This document shows positions 40,814 through 55,689 of a DNA stretch of 64,000 nucleotides, piece by piece. Position 1 is the stretch's first letter, and each line of letters opens with the position of its first letter. The position numbers and the translations under genes are program-made. This DNA comes from Eledone cirrhosa (taxonomy: Eukaryota): positions 35,526,001 through 35,590,000 of the forward strand of contig OZ024742.1 of assembly GCA_964016885.1 (NCBI GenBank), read 5' to 3'. Below the pieces are notes generated by a model. The model was not told the DNA's origin. It made no database searches and was given only the letters and a program-made list of their open reading frames with translations.

Positions 40814-41489
40814 GTACATACATATATACACATATATGTGTATCTATCTACCTATCTATATATATATATATATATAGATAGGTAGATAGATAAATAGATA
40901 CTTCCTCTCATATTCGCCGACGGCCGAAGATTGGAAACGTGAAACTGGGCGCAACCGTTAATAAAGTTTTCAGCTCACAATAAACATAAAACTATTAATA
41001 TTATTCCCTTTTCTTGAGCAATTCTTTGTGCCTTAACACACACACACACACGCTCTCTCTGTCACACACACACGCGCTCTCTCTCTCTGTCTCACACACA
41101 CACACACGCTCTCTCTGTCACACACACACATACTCTCTCTCTCTCTGTCACACACACACACTATCTCTCTCCCTCACTCTCTCTCTCTCCCTCTCTCCCT
41201 CACTCCCTTACTCCCCCTCCCCTCTCCCCTTCCCCTCTCTATATATCTCTCTCTCTCCCCTCTCTCTCTATCCCTCTTTCTCCTTCTCTACCTCCTCCCA
41301 CACTCTCTCTGCCTCTCTCTCCTCCACTCTCTCCCCTCTCCCTCTCTCTCTCCCACTTCTCCTACTCTCTCCCTCTCTCTCACAAACTCGCGATCTTATT
41401 TATTTGGCCACCATAGTAATCTTATTCAATGTCAACAATAACAACGATATCATATCTATGGCGTTGCTTTTGTTGCTGTTGTTTTTATT

Positions 41490-42370
41490 GTGGTGGCGGT
41501 GGTGGGTGGTGGTGGCGGTGGTGGGTGGTGGGTGGTGGTGGTGGTGGTGTGGGTGGTGGTGGCGGTGGTGGGTGGTGGTGGTGGTGGTGTGGGTGGTGGT
41601 GTGTGATGGTGGCGGTGGTGGTGGTGGTGGTGTGTGATGGGTGGTGGTATGTGGTGGTGGTGTGGGTGGTGGTGTGGGTGGTGGTGGTGTGTGATGGGTG
41701 GTGGTGGGTGGTGGTGGTGTGGGTGGTGGTGTGGGTGGTGGTGGTGTGTGATGGGTCGTGGTGTGTGGTGGTGGTGTGGGTGGTGGTGTGGGTGGTGGTG
41801 TGGGTGGTGGTCGTGTGTGATGGGTGATGGTGTGTGGTGGTCGAGTGGGTGGTGGTGTGGGTGGTGGTGGTGTGTGATGGGTGGTGGTATGTGGTGGTGG
41901 TGTGGGTGGTGGTGTGGGTGGTGGTCGTATGTGATGGGTGGTGGTGTGTGGTGGTGGTGTGGGTGGTGGTGTGGGTGGTGGTGTGTGGTGGTGGTATGGG
42001 TGGTGGTAGTGGTGTGTGGTGGTGGTGGGTGGTGGTGGTCTGTGATGGGTGGTGGTGGTGGTGGTGTGTGATGGGTGGTGGTATGTGGTGGTGGTGTGGG
42101 TGGTGGGTGGTGGTGGTGTGGGTGGTGTGGTGGTGTGTGGTGGTGGTGGGTGGTGGTGTGTGATGGGTGGCGGTGGTGGTGGTGGTGTATGGTGGGTGGT
42201 GGTGGTGTGTGGTGGGTGGTGGTGGCACTGGTGGTGGTGGTAGTAGTGGTGGTGGTGATAGTATAGGTGGTGGTACTAGTGGTGGTTAGTAGTAGTAGTA
42301 TTAGTAGTAGTGGTAGTAGTAGTAGTAGTAGTATAGGTTGTGGCAGTGGTGGTGGTGGTGGTAGTAGTAT
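41490..42370. repeat. (GGT)n/GT-rich low-complexity tract
   Basis: Visible; preceded by a CT-rich tract 41040-41385. Confidence 0.9.
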
Positions 42371-42382
42371 AGTTTTATACAA

Positions 42383-42941
42383 TATGTATAGAAATTTCGT
42401 ATTTCTAAAGAAATACGGTTTTATGAAGGCGTAGCTATGCAAACATCGGGGGTGGGATAACACCCTCTGGTGGTGTCTAGCAGAAGCAAGGGGGACAACC
42501 GTCTATGCATTTCAGGCTTGACTGGCCTTCGTCATGACGGTCCCTCCCACCGCATGCTACCTCTGGACTTGAAAACAGTCGAGAATATATAGTTTTCTAG
42601 CCTGTGTAATACATATTTGTATAAAGCTATGCTTGAAGCGAAATCTTATTTCTTTTTTATAAGTTGAGCCAACTTATGCAGCTTCATAGGCAAATGCGAT
42701 TACTCACCTTATTTACACAGACGAGAAAACTATATATTGTCGACTGTTTTCAAGTCCAGCAGTAGCAAACGGTGGGAGAGACCATCCTGACGAAGGCCAG
42801 TCAAGCCTGAAATGCATAGACGGTTGTCCCCCTTGCTTCTGCTGGACACCACCAGAGGGCGTTAACCGCCCCCCCCCGGTGTTTGCATAGCTACAGCTTC
42901 CTAAAACCGTATTTCTTTAGTAATACGAAATTTCTATACAT
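42383..42941. mobile_element. Inverted pLTR pair with a hammerhead in each arm
   Basis: ~230-bp inverted arms 42383-42610/42712-42941. Confidence 0.85.
42781..42824 (+). ncRNA. Minimal type I hammerhead (mirror copy 42498-42541 on minus strand)
   Basis: ACCATC-CTGACGA-AGGC(CAGTCAA)GCCT-GAAA-TGCA-TA/GACGGT. Confidence 0.8.
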
Positions 42942-43022
<81 letters not shown>

Positions 43023-43023
43023 A

Positions 43024-43056
<33 letters not shown>

Positions 43057-43253
43057 GTATATATATAGTATATATATATATATATATAGTATATATATAG
43101 TATATATATATATATAGTATATATATAGTATATATATATATATATAGTATATATATATATATAGTATATATATATATATATATTTTTTTTTTCATATATA
43201 TATATATAAATTATAAATTCCACAATAATCAAAACTATGTTCAAATCATTTTA

Positions 43254-43302
43254 TTGCTGACAATCGTTTCTTCCAAACTTTCGTTTGGCCTCCTCGGAGC
43301 AC
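43254..43302 (-). ncRNA. Degenerate hammerhead in a (TA)n-bounded island (43205-43565)
   Basis: Minus strand: TGCT-CCGAGGA-GGCCAAACGAAAGTTTGGAA-GAAA-CGATTG-TC/AGCA; core U4>C. Confidence 0.5.
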
Positions 43303-43563
43303 TAGCAAAGTTTGGACATATAATTAACTTCCTATCCAACTGAACAATCATATAGATACATGGATATTAATATTGTCATCAACAGTTTCGTATTTACAGA
43401 GTGGAATGGATGTGACAGAGATTACAAGAGAATTGTATATTAATTGTATAATAATGTATTTACATTGAGCTATTTTTCTTACTGGTAATAAGGTAGTAAT
43501 AAATTACCGATATTTCCTGTTTATAGTTGTATATAGTGTATACATAACTATAAATAATATTAT

Positions 43564-43643
<80 letters not shown>

Positions 43644-43704
43644 TATATATAATATATAGTATATATATATATAGAGAGAGTATATATATATATATATATA
43701 TATA

Positions 43705-44321
43705 TATTCATTAGTTAAGCAAAACAACACCACAAATTTCACAAGGAAGACATTATTAAAAGATTGTCAACATATTTTAGTTTGATGTAAGGAATGTAGA
43801 TGGCTGACAACTGATGCAACCAAGACACCATAGTGAAAAACCAATATATGGAACATTATATTATGTAACATTCTCTCATTATTTTAATTTATATTCCTTT
43901 GAAGTTCCGATGAGCCGCTCTGTTTTTTAAATATATTAATTATTTTCAACTGAACTAGATCAATTATGATATATAGTCATCTGATACAGAAATATTATAT
44001 GGAGTAGCAAAACAATTGTAAACGCCGGACATTATTATTATTAATATTATTATTATTATTCTCTAGATTCCTTACATCAAACTAAAATATGTTGACAATC
44101 TTTTAATAATGTCTTCCTTGTGAAATTTGTGGTCTTGTTTTGCTTAACTAATGAATATTTCCAGCTCTGCGCACCTAACTTCTGCATGAACCCAGCCACC
44201 TAGCTGCTTTCTACTGCATATTGCACATTGAGCACATGCCTTTACGCTTTGGCTTCTAACTAATTCACCAATCTCTCCTCTCATATCTCCATCTCTCTCT
44301 TTAAGATTGGTTACTCTTGAA

Positions 44322-44325
<4 letters not shown>
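43705..44325 (+). mobile_element. Fold-back PLE derivative with decayed long-stem-II hammerhead (~43900-44003)
   Basis: ~95-bp inverted arms 43705-43800/44062-44157; GTT-CCGATGA-GC..GC-AAAA-CAATTG-TA/AAC. Confidence 0.6.
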
Positions 44326-44403
<78 letters not shown>

Positions 44404-44404
44404 T

Positions 44405-44505
<101 letters not shown>

Positions 44506-45139
44506 TACAGTATATATATATATAGTATACAGTGTTGAACAAGAGAATGCTGTGTATATGTTTACCCGATAATGAAAGTTAGGCTAGCTGAATGGTGGGT
44601 GACATAGCTAAGGTTTTTGTTTTCAAAAATGGGAGAAGAAAAATAGAAAAGAAAAATAAAGCTGTATTTAAGATCACCTTGGGATGGTCTCCATTCCCAA
44701 GTATATTTGAAGGGAGAATATAATTGTCTCGATTATAATTGTTGTTGATATAATTCTAGTTATTGCTATTGTTATTGTTGGATTTGATAGAGCAGATCTT
44801 AAGATCCATGGCGTCTAAGCCATGACCATCCCATCGTTCATTCTTCTTTTTCTAGAATTGTATACCATGACTACATTATTCAATGTTGATGCACTGGTTT
44901 CAAACTCATGATGTCTCTGCTTCGTTCATTCTGTGTCTATGTTAGCAAGTATATTTAATTATATCCACGGGTCGACTCAATCTTTGAATGAAATTGGATA
45001 GGAGGAAATAGTTTGAAAGACCAAATTCGATTGTACCCGTAATTCAAAAGACCAGCCTTGCCACATATTGTATGATTTGATTCAACTTAGGAATCACATT
45101 AAGGCTATTTTGTCAGTGGAATATTCAGTCACCTATAAT

Positions 45140-45352
45140 GATTTTTACTATAGGCACAATGTCAGCAATTTTGGCGGGAAGGGAAGTCGATTAAATTGAT
45201 CCCAATGCATTGCTGGTGCTTTATTTTATCGACCCTGTAAGGATGAAAGACAAAGCTAACTTTGGCGGAATTTGGCCGTAGAAGTAAAAGGCCGTAACTC
45301 TGTACCACGAAGCATGGTGTCCGAAGCTTGACCGATACTGCCAATCCACTGC
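45140..45352 (-). mobile_element. Nin-type SINE (older copy)
   Basis: Consensus match. Confidence 0.75.
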
Positions 45353-45538
45353 CCTCAGTCACTTACACTATAATACGAGGTAGACGTATCTGTAGTTCAA
45401 GTGCCAGATTTTTTACACACTGTGTCACACTTTCTCTCGGAAAATTACGTTATGGGTAGACATGTCTATAGTATCCTCAATGTCTTACGCTATAGTACAA
45501 ACTGTATCTCTAGTTCAAAAGGCCAAGCCATGTCATAC

Positions 45539-45807
45539 ACCTGGCATAGACAACCGAGATTCGGGCCGCATTAGATACGGCTCATCATCAGGCGGGCCGA
45601 AAGTGCTAATTTACATTCGTGCTCGCATTATAAAAAAGGGGGCGGAACTCAAGTCGTTTTGATTTGTTCCTCCAAAAATCGTACACGTTGTTTTCTTCGA
45701 TCGTAAAATTGATAGAAAGATAAATTACGACTGAAAAGTTGGGTAAAAAATCAGGAGGATTTCACTTAGGTGACATGGGCGAGCCATTCGGAGGTTGCCC
45801 ATGACTG
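45539..45807. mobile_element. Probable hAT-type MITE
   Basis: Imperfect TIRs GGCATAGACAACC / GGTTGCCCATGACTG; internal GCGGGCCG motifs. Confidence 0.4.
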
Positions 45808-46091
45808 CCATACACTCTGTAACGCTATTCCAGTGTTAAAGGTACACATGATTCTCTATGGGATACTTAACTCTTACACTATAGTACAAGATGAACTGTA
45901 CCTATAATTCAAAGCCATGTGTCACACGCCGTATCACGCTGAATCATCCTGAGAATTATGTTAAAGTTACTCATGTCTGTGGAATACTCAGCCACTTATA
46001 CGTTAATTTCACGAATAGATTCCATTTTACTTCTTGTTGCTGTTTAGCCATGAACTGTTTTTGGTAGGTCCGGTAAAAACAATTAAAAGAA

Positions 46092-46206
<115 letters not shown>

Positions 46207-47262
46207 CGTACATAGTTGACGAAAAAGCGAAGTAAAAGAAAAGAAAATATTCATTTTAAAAAAACAAGGTTGTGAGATCAAATAGCAATTGAAACTCAAG
46301 AATCTCGGAGGGGAGGGATTCCTTTAAGGAAAGGGATGTTTTGTTTCATTTATTCTAGCTGTTTATATATATTTTAATCTATTGCTTTTGTATGTGTTTG
46401 TGTGCGTTATGTATATGTGTGTGTATATATATATGTGTACATATATGTGTGTGTGTCTGTGTGTGTGTAAATACGAAATAATTCTCTCTCAATTTTCTCG
46501 TTATTTATTTATCCATGGTCTCAGCTGTCACCAGTTGCTCTACTAAATAAAAATAAGATTATCGAGAGAACTGGTGAGGGGTGGGGAATTCGGGGAGGTG
46601 GGGTGGAGACAGAAGGATTTATGAGAATGGGGGGGGGGGCAGAGCCAGGGGGGGGATGTGTCGGGGAGACGTTTGGAAAAATAAAAGGAGTTGGAGGGGG
46701 TATGCTTTGTTTGTATATTGTTTGATTTTGTTTTAATATATTTGTCTTTTCCCTTTTTGTTGTTGTTACCTTGGTGTTTTATTCCACAGTGTGATGCTTT
46801 CCCATACATCCCCCCCCCCACACACAAACAACATACATATTCACACACACACGTGTGTTTATGTTGGATCTCCGTCTGTTCCAACGACGGATGTTCCAGT
46901 TGTTTGATCAACAGAATAACTAGCTCATGAAATTAACTGTATGTGGCTGACACGTACAGCCATAATGTAATTCCCAGAGACAATGTGGCACAACGTATGA
47001 GCAGGCAGGCTCTTTCAATTACAACTGTAACTCATTTTTTTCCAGCTTAGGAGATTAGAGCAACGGGAAACGAAATGTTTTGCCCAAGGACACAGCTGGA
47101 ACTCGAACTCACGATCTTGTAATTTTTAGCCGAACGCATTACCCACTAAGTCACGCATACACGCATACACACATACACCACACACACTCCTACAGACACA
47201 ATCACACCCACCGAAACTCACAGAAAAATTGAATGTAAATGAGACACATGTTAACATCTCTC

Positions 47263-47378
<116 letters not shown>

Positions 47379-47569
47379 TCATTCGTAGCGTGTACTGTAC
47401 TGTGAGGCTATCTTCCATCCACAAATTAGGTATTTTAAAATATTAAAACAAATATTTCGATTTATGTTGATAAAAAAAACCTGTATTAGCTCTCTACGGG
47501 TGCTTAAGAATTCCCATGAGACAATATACACGTTTCCTGAAATACACAGTTAATATCCATAAGTACCTT

Positions 47570-47790
47570 TGGTGAACTGGGTGTATCAGTAGAAAGCCGG
47601 ACGCCATACTTTGCAGTATAGAGTTACGGCCCTTTATGATCTGAGTTCAAATCCCGCCGAGGTTAACTTTGCCTTTCATCCTTACGGGTTAAGAGGTAAA
47701 ATAAAGTACCAGTCATGCACTGGGGTCGATTTAATCGACTTTCCCCTCCTCCCAAATTGCAGGCATTGTGTCTATATAAGAAACCATTGT
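47570..47790 (+). mobile_element. Nin-type SINE
   Basis: Consensus match. Confidence 0.8.
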
Positions 47791-48059
47791 AAGGTTTTTT
47801 ATATTGTTATTTCTGGTATTTGATATAATTCATATGTACTTGAAAACATGTGTGTTCAAAGATCTTTCAGGACTCCTGCAAGTAAGTTGACGTCGATTGA
47901 ATCTTACCTTAAAGGTGTATATATGTTTATTTACGTAAATACATATATACACTAGTGTATATATGTATATATGTACATCAACTTGCAACCAAACATCGAA
48001 TTATATAATATTCTCTAAAGCGGGGCATCGGGCGAGTGTGTGACAGCTCACACCTATGC

Positions 48060-48285
48060 AGGTTTAGCTGGCCTCCTCCAAGGTATATCTCGTTGGAGGT
48101 GTCTTGGGTAATTTAATGATAGGGACCCCAGTCCTATTATCTCATTTCTACAGCTGAGTAAACTGGAGCAACGTGAGATAAAGTGTCTTGCTCAAGGAAA
48201 CAACACATCCCCCCGGTCCGAGAATTGAACTCACAACATTTCGATTGCAAGCCCAATGCTCTAACCACTGAGCCATGCACCTTCA
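48060..48285 (-). mobile_element. CORE/V-like tRNA SINE
   Basis: Minus strand TGGCTCAGTGGTTAGAG..GAGTTCAATTC..CCTTGAGCAAGACAC. Confidence 0.7.
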
Positions 48286-49315
48286 CATGCGCATCGGGCG
48301 AGCCTATCTAAAGTCGTTCAACCAGCTGTAAATAGTAACCAAAATTCCTGAAAAACACACTCTAGTGTTATTTTTTTATAATTCAGATGTACTTACGAGT
48401 AAACAAACTTATATTCAAAGTCGTACTTGTGCAATATACATTTAAATGGGCCATCGAGAAGGTCTCTAGTTAATGACTTGACCTTCTACAAACAGCAGCT
48501 AATGTTCCTACAAATTACACTCTTCTGTCTTAAAACTATAACAAAAATACTCATTATTAAATAATGTAATACTGGAGTCACTGTTCTCCGGACACAAAAT
48601 AGGACAGGTTAGATACGGTTGGAAGACATTTGATCAATATTATTACCTAATGCACTGGGATAATTGCTGGCCTTGTGTCAAAAGTAGAAACAATTATTAC
48701 CTTTTCTCTCGCTATGTTAAAAAGTCAATATTTTTTCGTAATTAATGGATTGGTATTTCTATACCCATTGAAAAAACGTGGGGCAAAAATACATAGATAA
48801 AAATCGATATTGATTTCGGGTTCGTTTATTATACACCCGATTAGATGCAGAGTCAAATATTAATTGTTTGGTGCACACCATTGTGTCTTTATATAACAAT
48901 ATTTTTGTCGCAGTTATGTGTGTAACATTAGTTAAAGTGTGTTGGTATAGTACAGAAAATAGTGTAAATTGTTTCACGTGTGAGACATAAGGTTGTAATA
49001 GTGTTCCCAGTTGAGACTCTTGCTACAAAATAATGTTTTGTTTCACTTCTTCTGGGCGCCAAACTTCATTTTAACCTTAACCCATTTTGTTGTAACTGTT
49101 TTTATTTCGCATTCACTATACATACACAAACGATATACATGCCTACACAACACACATACTCGCACACAACACACAAACAATACACACGCCTACACAACAG
49201 ACACACACGCACACAACACATACACCTACACAACACACACACACGCACACAACACATACACCTACACAACACACACACCTACACAACACACGCATACACA
49301 CACATATATACACAT

Positions 49316-49401
<86 letters not shown>

Positions 49402-49835
49402 GACACAAACAAACCTACCAGCAATCCAGCGAAATATGTTTACTCTATATTGCAACAGTATTTTTCCTACCAACCGTTACAATATCAACATCAACAAGGG
49501 TTGTAATGAAGATCTCAAGTTCTACCCAATTATATTTTTACATCTGAATCAAAGAATATTCATCGAGACAAACAACTGACGTAATCAGAGACGCATTAAA
49601 ACAACTGGAGGCCCTGGGCTAGAGAACATTTAAGACCCACAGACCCTGCTCACAAGAAACGTAATGAAAATTAAAGGTACATGAATGTAGGCCTATACAC
49701 ATAATGATGCTGAGAGTCTAACATCGATTTATGCTGTGTTCTGAAGCAGAAGTCACACTCAAAGAAATAGATACATGTATCTGTCAACAATTATTAACTG
49801 TTTATAAAAACGCTGTTTCACTTATATTTTAATCT

Positions 49836-49912
49836 ACAGGGTGTCGCAAAAATGTATACACACTTTTATTAGAATGCTGTTGAAGTGTGTATACATTTTT
49901 GGGACACCTTAT
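49836..49912. mobile_element. Tiny Tc1/mariner-type MITE (related copy 57617-57700)
   Basis: TA-CAGGGTGTCGCAAAAATGTATACACACTT...AAGTGTGTATACATTTTTGGGACACC. Confidence 0.6.
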
Positions 49913-50775
49913 ATATCATAATATATATATTTAAAACGGGATGGGCCGCCTAGAGTATGAAGCTCTCAGCTGCAGTTCGCTTAACCCACGTGCATATCCA
50001 GTATTGCATATAACACAGTTATATACTATTTTTTTAAACTCCTAGCTAATGAGGAAACCACAATATGGCCGCTCACCGTGCTAGATGTAGTAGGTAAATA
50101 TGTTTCAAATTACACTGTAATGTCTTCAAAAGAAAAAAGAGTGGGATTGTTAACGATTGTCTTTGATCATAGGTGCGTACTATTAGGGATGAACTGATGT
50201 TAAACAGTAGCAACTTTCTCAACCAAACTTATACACACGCACACAGATACACACACACACACGCACACATGTATGGGGAGAGCGGTGAATATAGGATGAG
50301 TGGTATAAGTGGGGAGGTGTGTATGCGTGTATGATGAAGCAGTGTGTGTGTATTCGTCTGTGTCCATAGAAGGCTAAATCCTGTGCAATGTGCCCCAGAT
50401 GCGAGGGATGGTGTGCCGAATGATGCGAGTGTTATGTGTTTGCTGATGTGTGCATGTGAGTTGCACATATAACAATGATGTGTGAGTGGAGTTGCGTATT
50501 ATTGTAGTGTAGGCGCGTGCGTGTAGGAGGTGGACACGTATCCGTATGAGAGTGGCTGTGTTTATGTGTGGATGTGTGTGTGTGTGGGTGAAACTATATA
50601 CAGGTTAGAGATACAGTGGGGGAGAGTTAAGGCCGTTCAGGGTGGTGATTCCATGACGAAATAACAAAACTTGGTCTGTCCTGAAGAAAGAGATTGGCAT
50701 TTCGTTGCGTGAGGTGTCGGCATGGGTGTGTATGTACGCGTTTGTGTGTGTGAGTGTCTGTGTGAATGGGTGTCT

Positions 50776-50842
<67 letters not shown>

Positions 50843-51005
50843 TGTGTGTGTGTGTGTGTGTGTATTTGATTCAGAAGTCATCCTTGACGAAATTTCGAAA
50901 TCATAATCAACATTTTGAAATTAAACAAAATTTTATCTATATCATGTATTATGTTTTCCTTAAGTAAGGTTTGTTATTCTTGGTTATGTAGAGTACACTG
51001 AGTCA

Positions 51006-51053
<48 letters not shown>

Positions 51054-51084
51054 CGTATATATATATATATATATATTTTTAATC

Positions 51085-51292
51085 GATCAACTTTCGTCAA
51101 ATCGGGCCGAGGAAACAATGTTCCGTTGGTCTTTCCAATTGCTAATATTATCTATCGGTCGCAACTCCAGGTAGACGGAGCAACGTGAAATAAAGTGCCT
51201 TGCTCAAGGACATAACGCATCGCCAGGTCCAGGAATCGAACTCACAACCTCAAGATTGTGAATCCAATTCTCTAACCACTCAGCCACACGCC

Positions 51293-51295
<3 letters not shown>
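51085..51295 (-). mobile_element. CORE/V-like tRNA SINE
   Basis: Reverse complement of 17335-17550. Confidence 0.8.
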
Positions 51296-51390
<95 letters not shown>

Positions 51391-51959
51391 AAGTCAAGGA
51401 CACACGAAACGAACAAACAAGAGGATGCAATAACATGAAGTGTATTAGTTTCAAGCTTGGAGAAGGAAGAATGAGTTACATAGTCAGCGTATCGGGCAAT
51501 TGCCCTTTTTCAGGAAGATCACAAAAGCAAAATAGTAAAGTGGCGGCATGTGTGTGTATATGTTGTGTATTGGTGGTGGTAGTACCAGTGAACTTATAAA
51601 AACAAGATAGTGTAGGAGAAAACAAAAGAGAGACACAAAATAACAAATTAGTCACTGAGGTGGTTACTGATTGTGTGACGAAAGATCTTTGACAATAAAT
51701 AAACAAACATCTGGTTATTAAACCAATCAACCGGAAATTTGTAATAAATGGACGTCTACTTTTTATTGGCAGTATGGCCCTCCCAATGTATAACGATATG
51801 TTTCAACACACGTTTTCATATAAGAAATTCTGCAAAACAAATACAAAAACAAAGTATATATACACACACACGCGCGCGCACACACACACGCACACACACA
51901 CAGACACACACACACATATATATTCACATATATATACATACACACACACACATATATAT

Positions 51960-52545
51960 ATTTATTAACCAGGTAATTTTCTTGATTTTTTAGTTAATTC
52001 TATTGACTGATTAATAGCACTTGTTAATTTTAAAACCATCCTGTTGAGAGCTTAATTCGTTTTGTGATATTTTGCAATTTTGCAATAACACACATACTGA
52101 ATTCATCCGCCAAAACTAAAGGTTGCCCCCCCTTGTCGAGCCCCACGTGGGTTTTGATAATGGTCAGTCCTTGGCTTGGCACTGAACTAAATGCCTGTTG
52201 AAAAAGTGACTTCCTTGTTCGATCATCATACCAAAAGCTTAACATTATTTGTCTAAGCAGACAGTACTTGATTTAGGAGTTGCAGAAACCCAATACTGGA
52301 TATTACCAACCTTCCAGGGGTCCGGGTATAATTTTCAATCATATTTTATTATTTGTTTGACCCGAATTACTTGGTCGTTTCTATGGCTGTGCGGATAATG
52401 GTTTAACCATCGTCTCAGTGTGTTTGGCCTTTTAACGTATGTTGTTTCTCTGGTTCACTAGCTTCAATGGAGCGCTTGCCACACATCTCGGAAATTGTTT
52501 TTCGCTAATTTCCAATAGCCGAAATACGATTCTCGCTAATTTATA
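51960..52545 (+). mobile_element. Diverged copy of the unclassified repeat at 5040-5640
   Basis: Shared blocks GTTCGATCA..ATACCAAAAGCTT, GCAGACAGTA, GGGTCCGGGT, GCCGAAAT..GATTCTCGCT; ends at (TA)n. Confidence 0.65.
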
Positions 52546-52547
52546 TT

Positions 52548-52637
<90 letters not shown>

Positions 52638-52685
52638 CATATATACATATATATTTATTTATAAATGTGTGTGTGTGTGTGTTTA

Positions 52686-52864
<179 letters not shown>

Positions 52865-53264
52865 TTGTGTGTGTGTGTGAATGAATCTCAGCATAACAGG
52901 TATATGTTTATTTTGGCGTCTGACATCCAATTGTTATAAACAGAGCTACTAAATATTTGGCTGTTTTCTTTCTTTTATTATTATACTCAACTGAATTCTT
53001 TTCTACAGCATCTTATTATAGTTTTTACGTCGATGATCATGCCAGTTAATTAGTTTTTAAATTACAAACAGCCACAACACTGGCACACACACATACATAC
53101 ACACATACATACACACACACACACACAGAAATAAGTAGGGTCCCGAGGTTACCTGTTCATTAAGATATGGTAAAATATCTACTATTTCAAGGAAGTCGTC
53201 ATTTCGTTGTCTCTCGTTTGCCGAGAGTTCAAAACCTATCGTCTTCAGTTGCATTACATGTACA

Positions 53265-53603
53265 GTGAATGAGTTCAAATCCCACCGAGCTTAACTTTGC
53301 CTTTTATCCTTACGGGGTCGATAAAATAAAGTACCAGTAACGTACTGAGGTCGATTTAATCGACTTTCCCATCCCTACAAATTACTGGCCTTGTGCCTAT
53401 ACTAGAAATTATTACGGTGAATCGGCAGTATCGGTAGAGCGTCAGGCACCATGCTTCGCAGAATAGAGTTATGGCCCTTTACGTTCTGATTTCAAATCCC
53501 ACCGAGGTTAACTTTGCCTTTCATCCTTACAGGGGCGATAAAATAAAGTACCAGTAATGCACTGAGGTAATTGCTGGCCTTGTGCCAAAAGTAGAAACAA
53601 TTA
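53265..53603 (+). mobile_element. Two tandem Nin-type SINEs
   Basis: Consensus match twice. Confidence 0.8.
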
Positions 53604-54478
53604 TATGTACTATTTTTGTTTGCTTTGATATGGTGAATACCTATTAATCGGCAAATAATCTATATATATATGGTGGGGTAGGTATGGATTCGGGAGGTGA
53701 CCATAGTTAATAAAGTTATCGAAACGTTAGTAGATATATGCATATTTATTATATATATATGTATGTGTGTGTGCGTGTATGTGTGTTTAACATACAATAT
53801 CTATTATTGCATATAATATATTAAATTATGTATATCTACTAACGCATCCGTTTGTCAAACCTTTAACCTAAGAAATATGTTAGAATGAATATATTTGTAA
53901 AAATGTTCCACTTGGAAGCAACAGGAATTACAAAAGGTCTTATGCTGTCTAAACATAAATCCTAAAACTAAAATCCTGTAAATCTCGGTAATACCTTCTC
54001 CGAAATTTAAATAATCTACTTTTCACAATGAGTTAAATAGAAAAATCTGTCCAATATTTATCTGTGGTGTGGATACGTTTGAAAACCACCTCGTGGTAGT
54101 TTTGCGTTCGTCTGTGTCTGTATTTTAATCCTCATTAATCTAAATTAGATTCGGAACTGTTCGTAAAACGGGTTATCTACATCATACGAGGTTAGTTTTG
54201 TTGTTACTGAAAGTCTAAATATGACATTATGGTTAAGATGTTAGCTTCGCAGCCGTGTTGTTTCGGGTTCGATCCTACAATATAATAGTATTCTTTAAAT
54301 TGGGATCCTGATAAACGATCATAGACTGACAATATATAAATTGTCGTTATCTATTTTTGAAAAAAAGAAATTGAAGGAGATGCGATTGCTATTTCTAACA
54401 GGTCGAGGAGTTTTGCTATCAAAAACATACCAGCCGTGACTATCTTTACATTCAGTTACATACTTAGTTTATCTAGAT

Positions 54479-54796
54479 CAAGGGTGTGCAACATATTCCA
54501 TTGGGGGGCCACTTTTGAATATTGGAACAACTATTAGGGCCATTTATATTTATTAAGTACTATTCCAAAGATTCACCTCAACTTCTTTCCATAACATGGA
54601 CCTGGGAAATTATAACACACATAACCCTATCAGTGAAGCCCTTTAGTATAGGTCAACTAACAGAAAATTGTATTACAGTTACGAAAAAAATTCTAAATAA
54701 GCCTACAAGGTAAAAATTAAAAAGTGTCATCGCGGGCCACTCTGATTGGTCTACGAACCGGATTGTGGCCCGCGGGCCGCCTGTTGCACGCCCCTG
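54479..54796. mobile_element. hAT (Charlie-type) MITE
   Basis: TIRs CAAGGGTGTGCAAC/GTTGCACGCCCCTG; 8-bp TSD ATCTAGAT/ATCTAGAA (NTCTAGAN target). Confidence 0.8.
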
Positions 54797-55255
54797 ATCT
54801 AGAACAACAGTATCTAATGTATCCTTCCTCTTTTTAAAAGGATATAGTGTGTTACTTGAAGGAGATTTAGCTGGTGTATTTAGCAGATCAAATGATTAGG
54901 CAGGGGTTCGTTGTTTGGCATGTACGGTAGTGTGGGGTGAGTGTAAGTGATGGTCGTGGTGGTGGGAGGCAAAATTGGTGCAGGTGAGTGTGAGGGGCGG
55001 AATAAGGTTAAGTTTCTGAAATAATTGTCAGCCCTTCCTTTTTTTTTCTCACCTCACCCCACCCCTGCACTGCACCCACCAATTTTCCACCACCACAAAC
55101 TTCCTCCGCCGCCATTTTGTACCGTCCTTCTGCCCTCTACTCTTCTTCTACTACCCATTCTTATCTCTACCCTCATCCTTTCTTTCTCACTGTTCAAGTG
55201 CATTCCACTTTGCTATTGTAATTTATGTCTTGTTTCAAATTATGTATATATATAT

Positions 55256-55350
<95 letters not shown>

Positions 55351-55414
55351 CATCTATTATATGTATATATATTCATATATACATAAGAACACACACACAC
55401 ACGCACACACACAC

Positions 55415-55465
<51 letters not shown>

Positions 55466-55689
55466 TATTTACTTACGTATACTTAGAATAAATAATCACA
55501 AAGAATAAATATAAGAAATAGACGAAAAAGTAGAGGAATAAATAAATAAATATATAAATAAATAGCCATTAAATTGAATGCAGCTTGAAACGGGAAGCAA
55601 AACATTATTAAGAACAAAGGAAGACACTAAATAAATATGTAGAAGGTTTGTCTCAGAAGTAGAGGTACTGACGTTTTATTTAAATGTAT

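Noticed and set aside
40915-41035. Hammerhead-like trace CCGAAGA...GAAAC (similar traces near 17240-17290, 35950, 40480, 53720, 57745-57780)
   Set aside because: Core or stems too degenerate to support a call
41014-42463. His/Pro/Thr-rich and Gly/Trp/Val-rich ORFs
   Set aside because: Translations of (GGT)n and (CT)n low-complexity DNA
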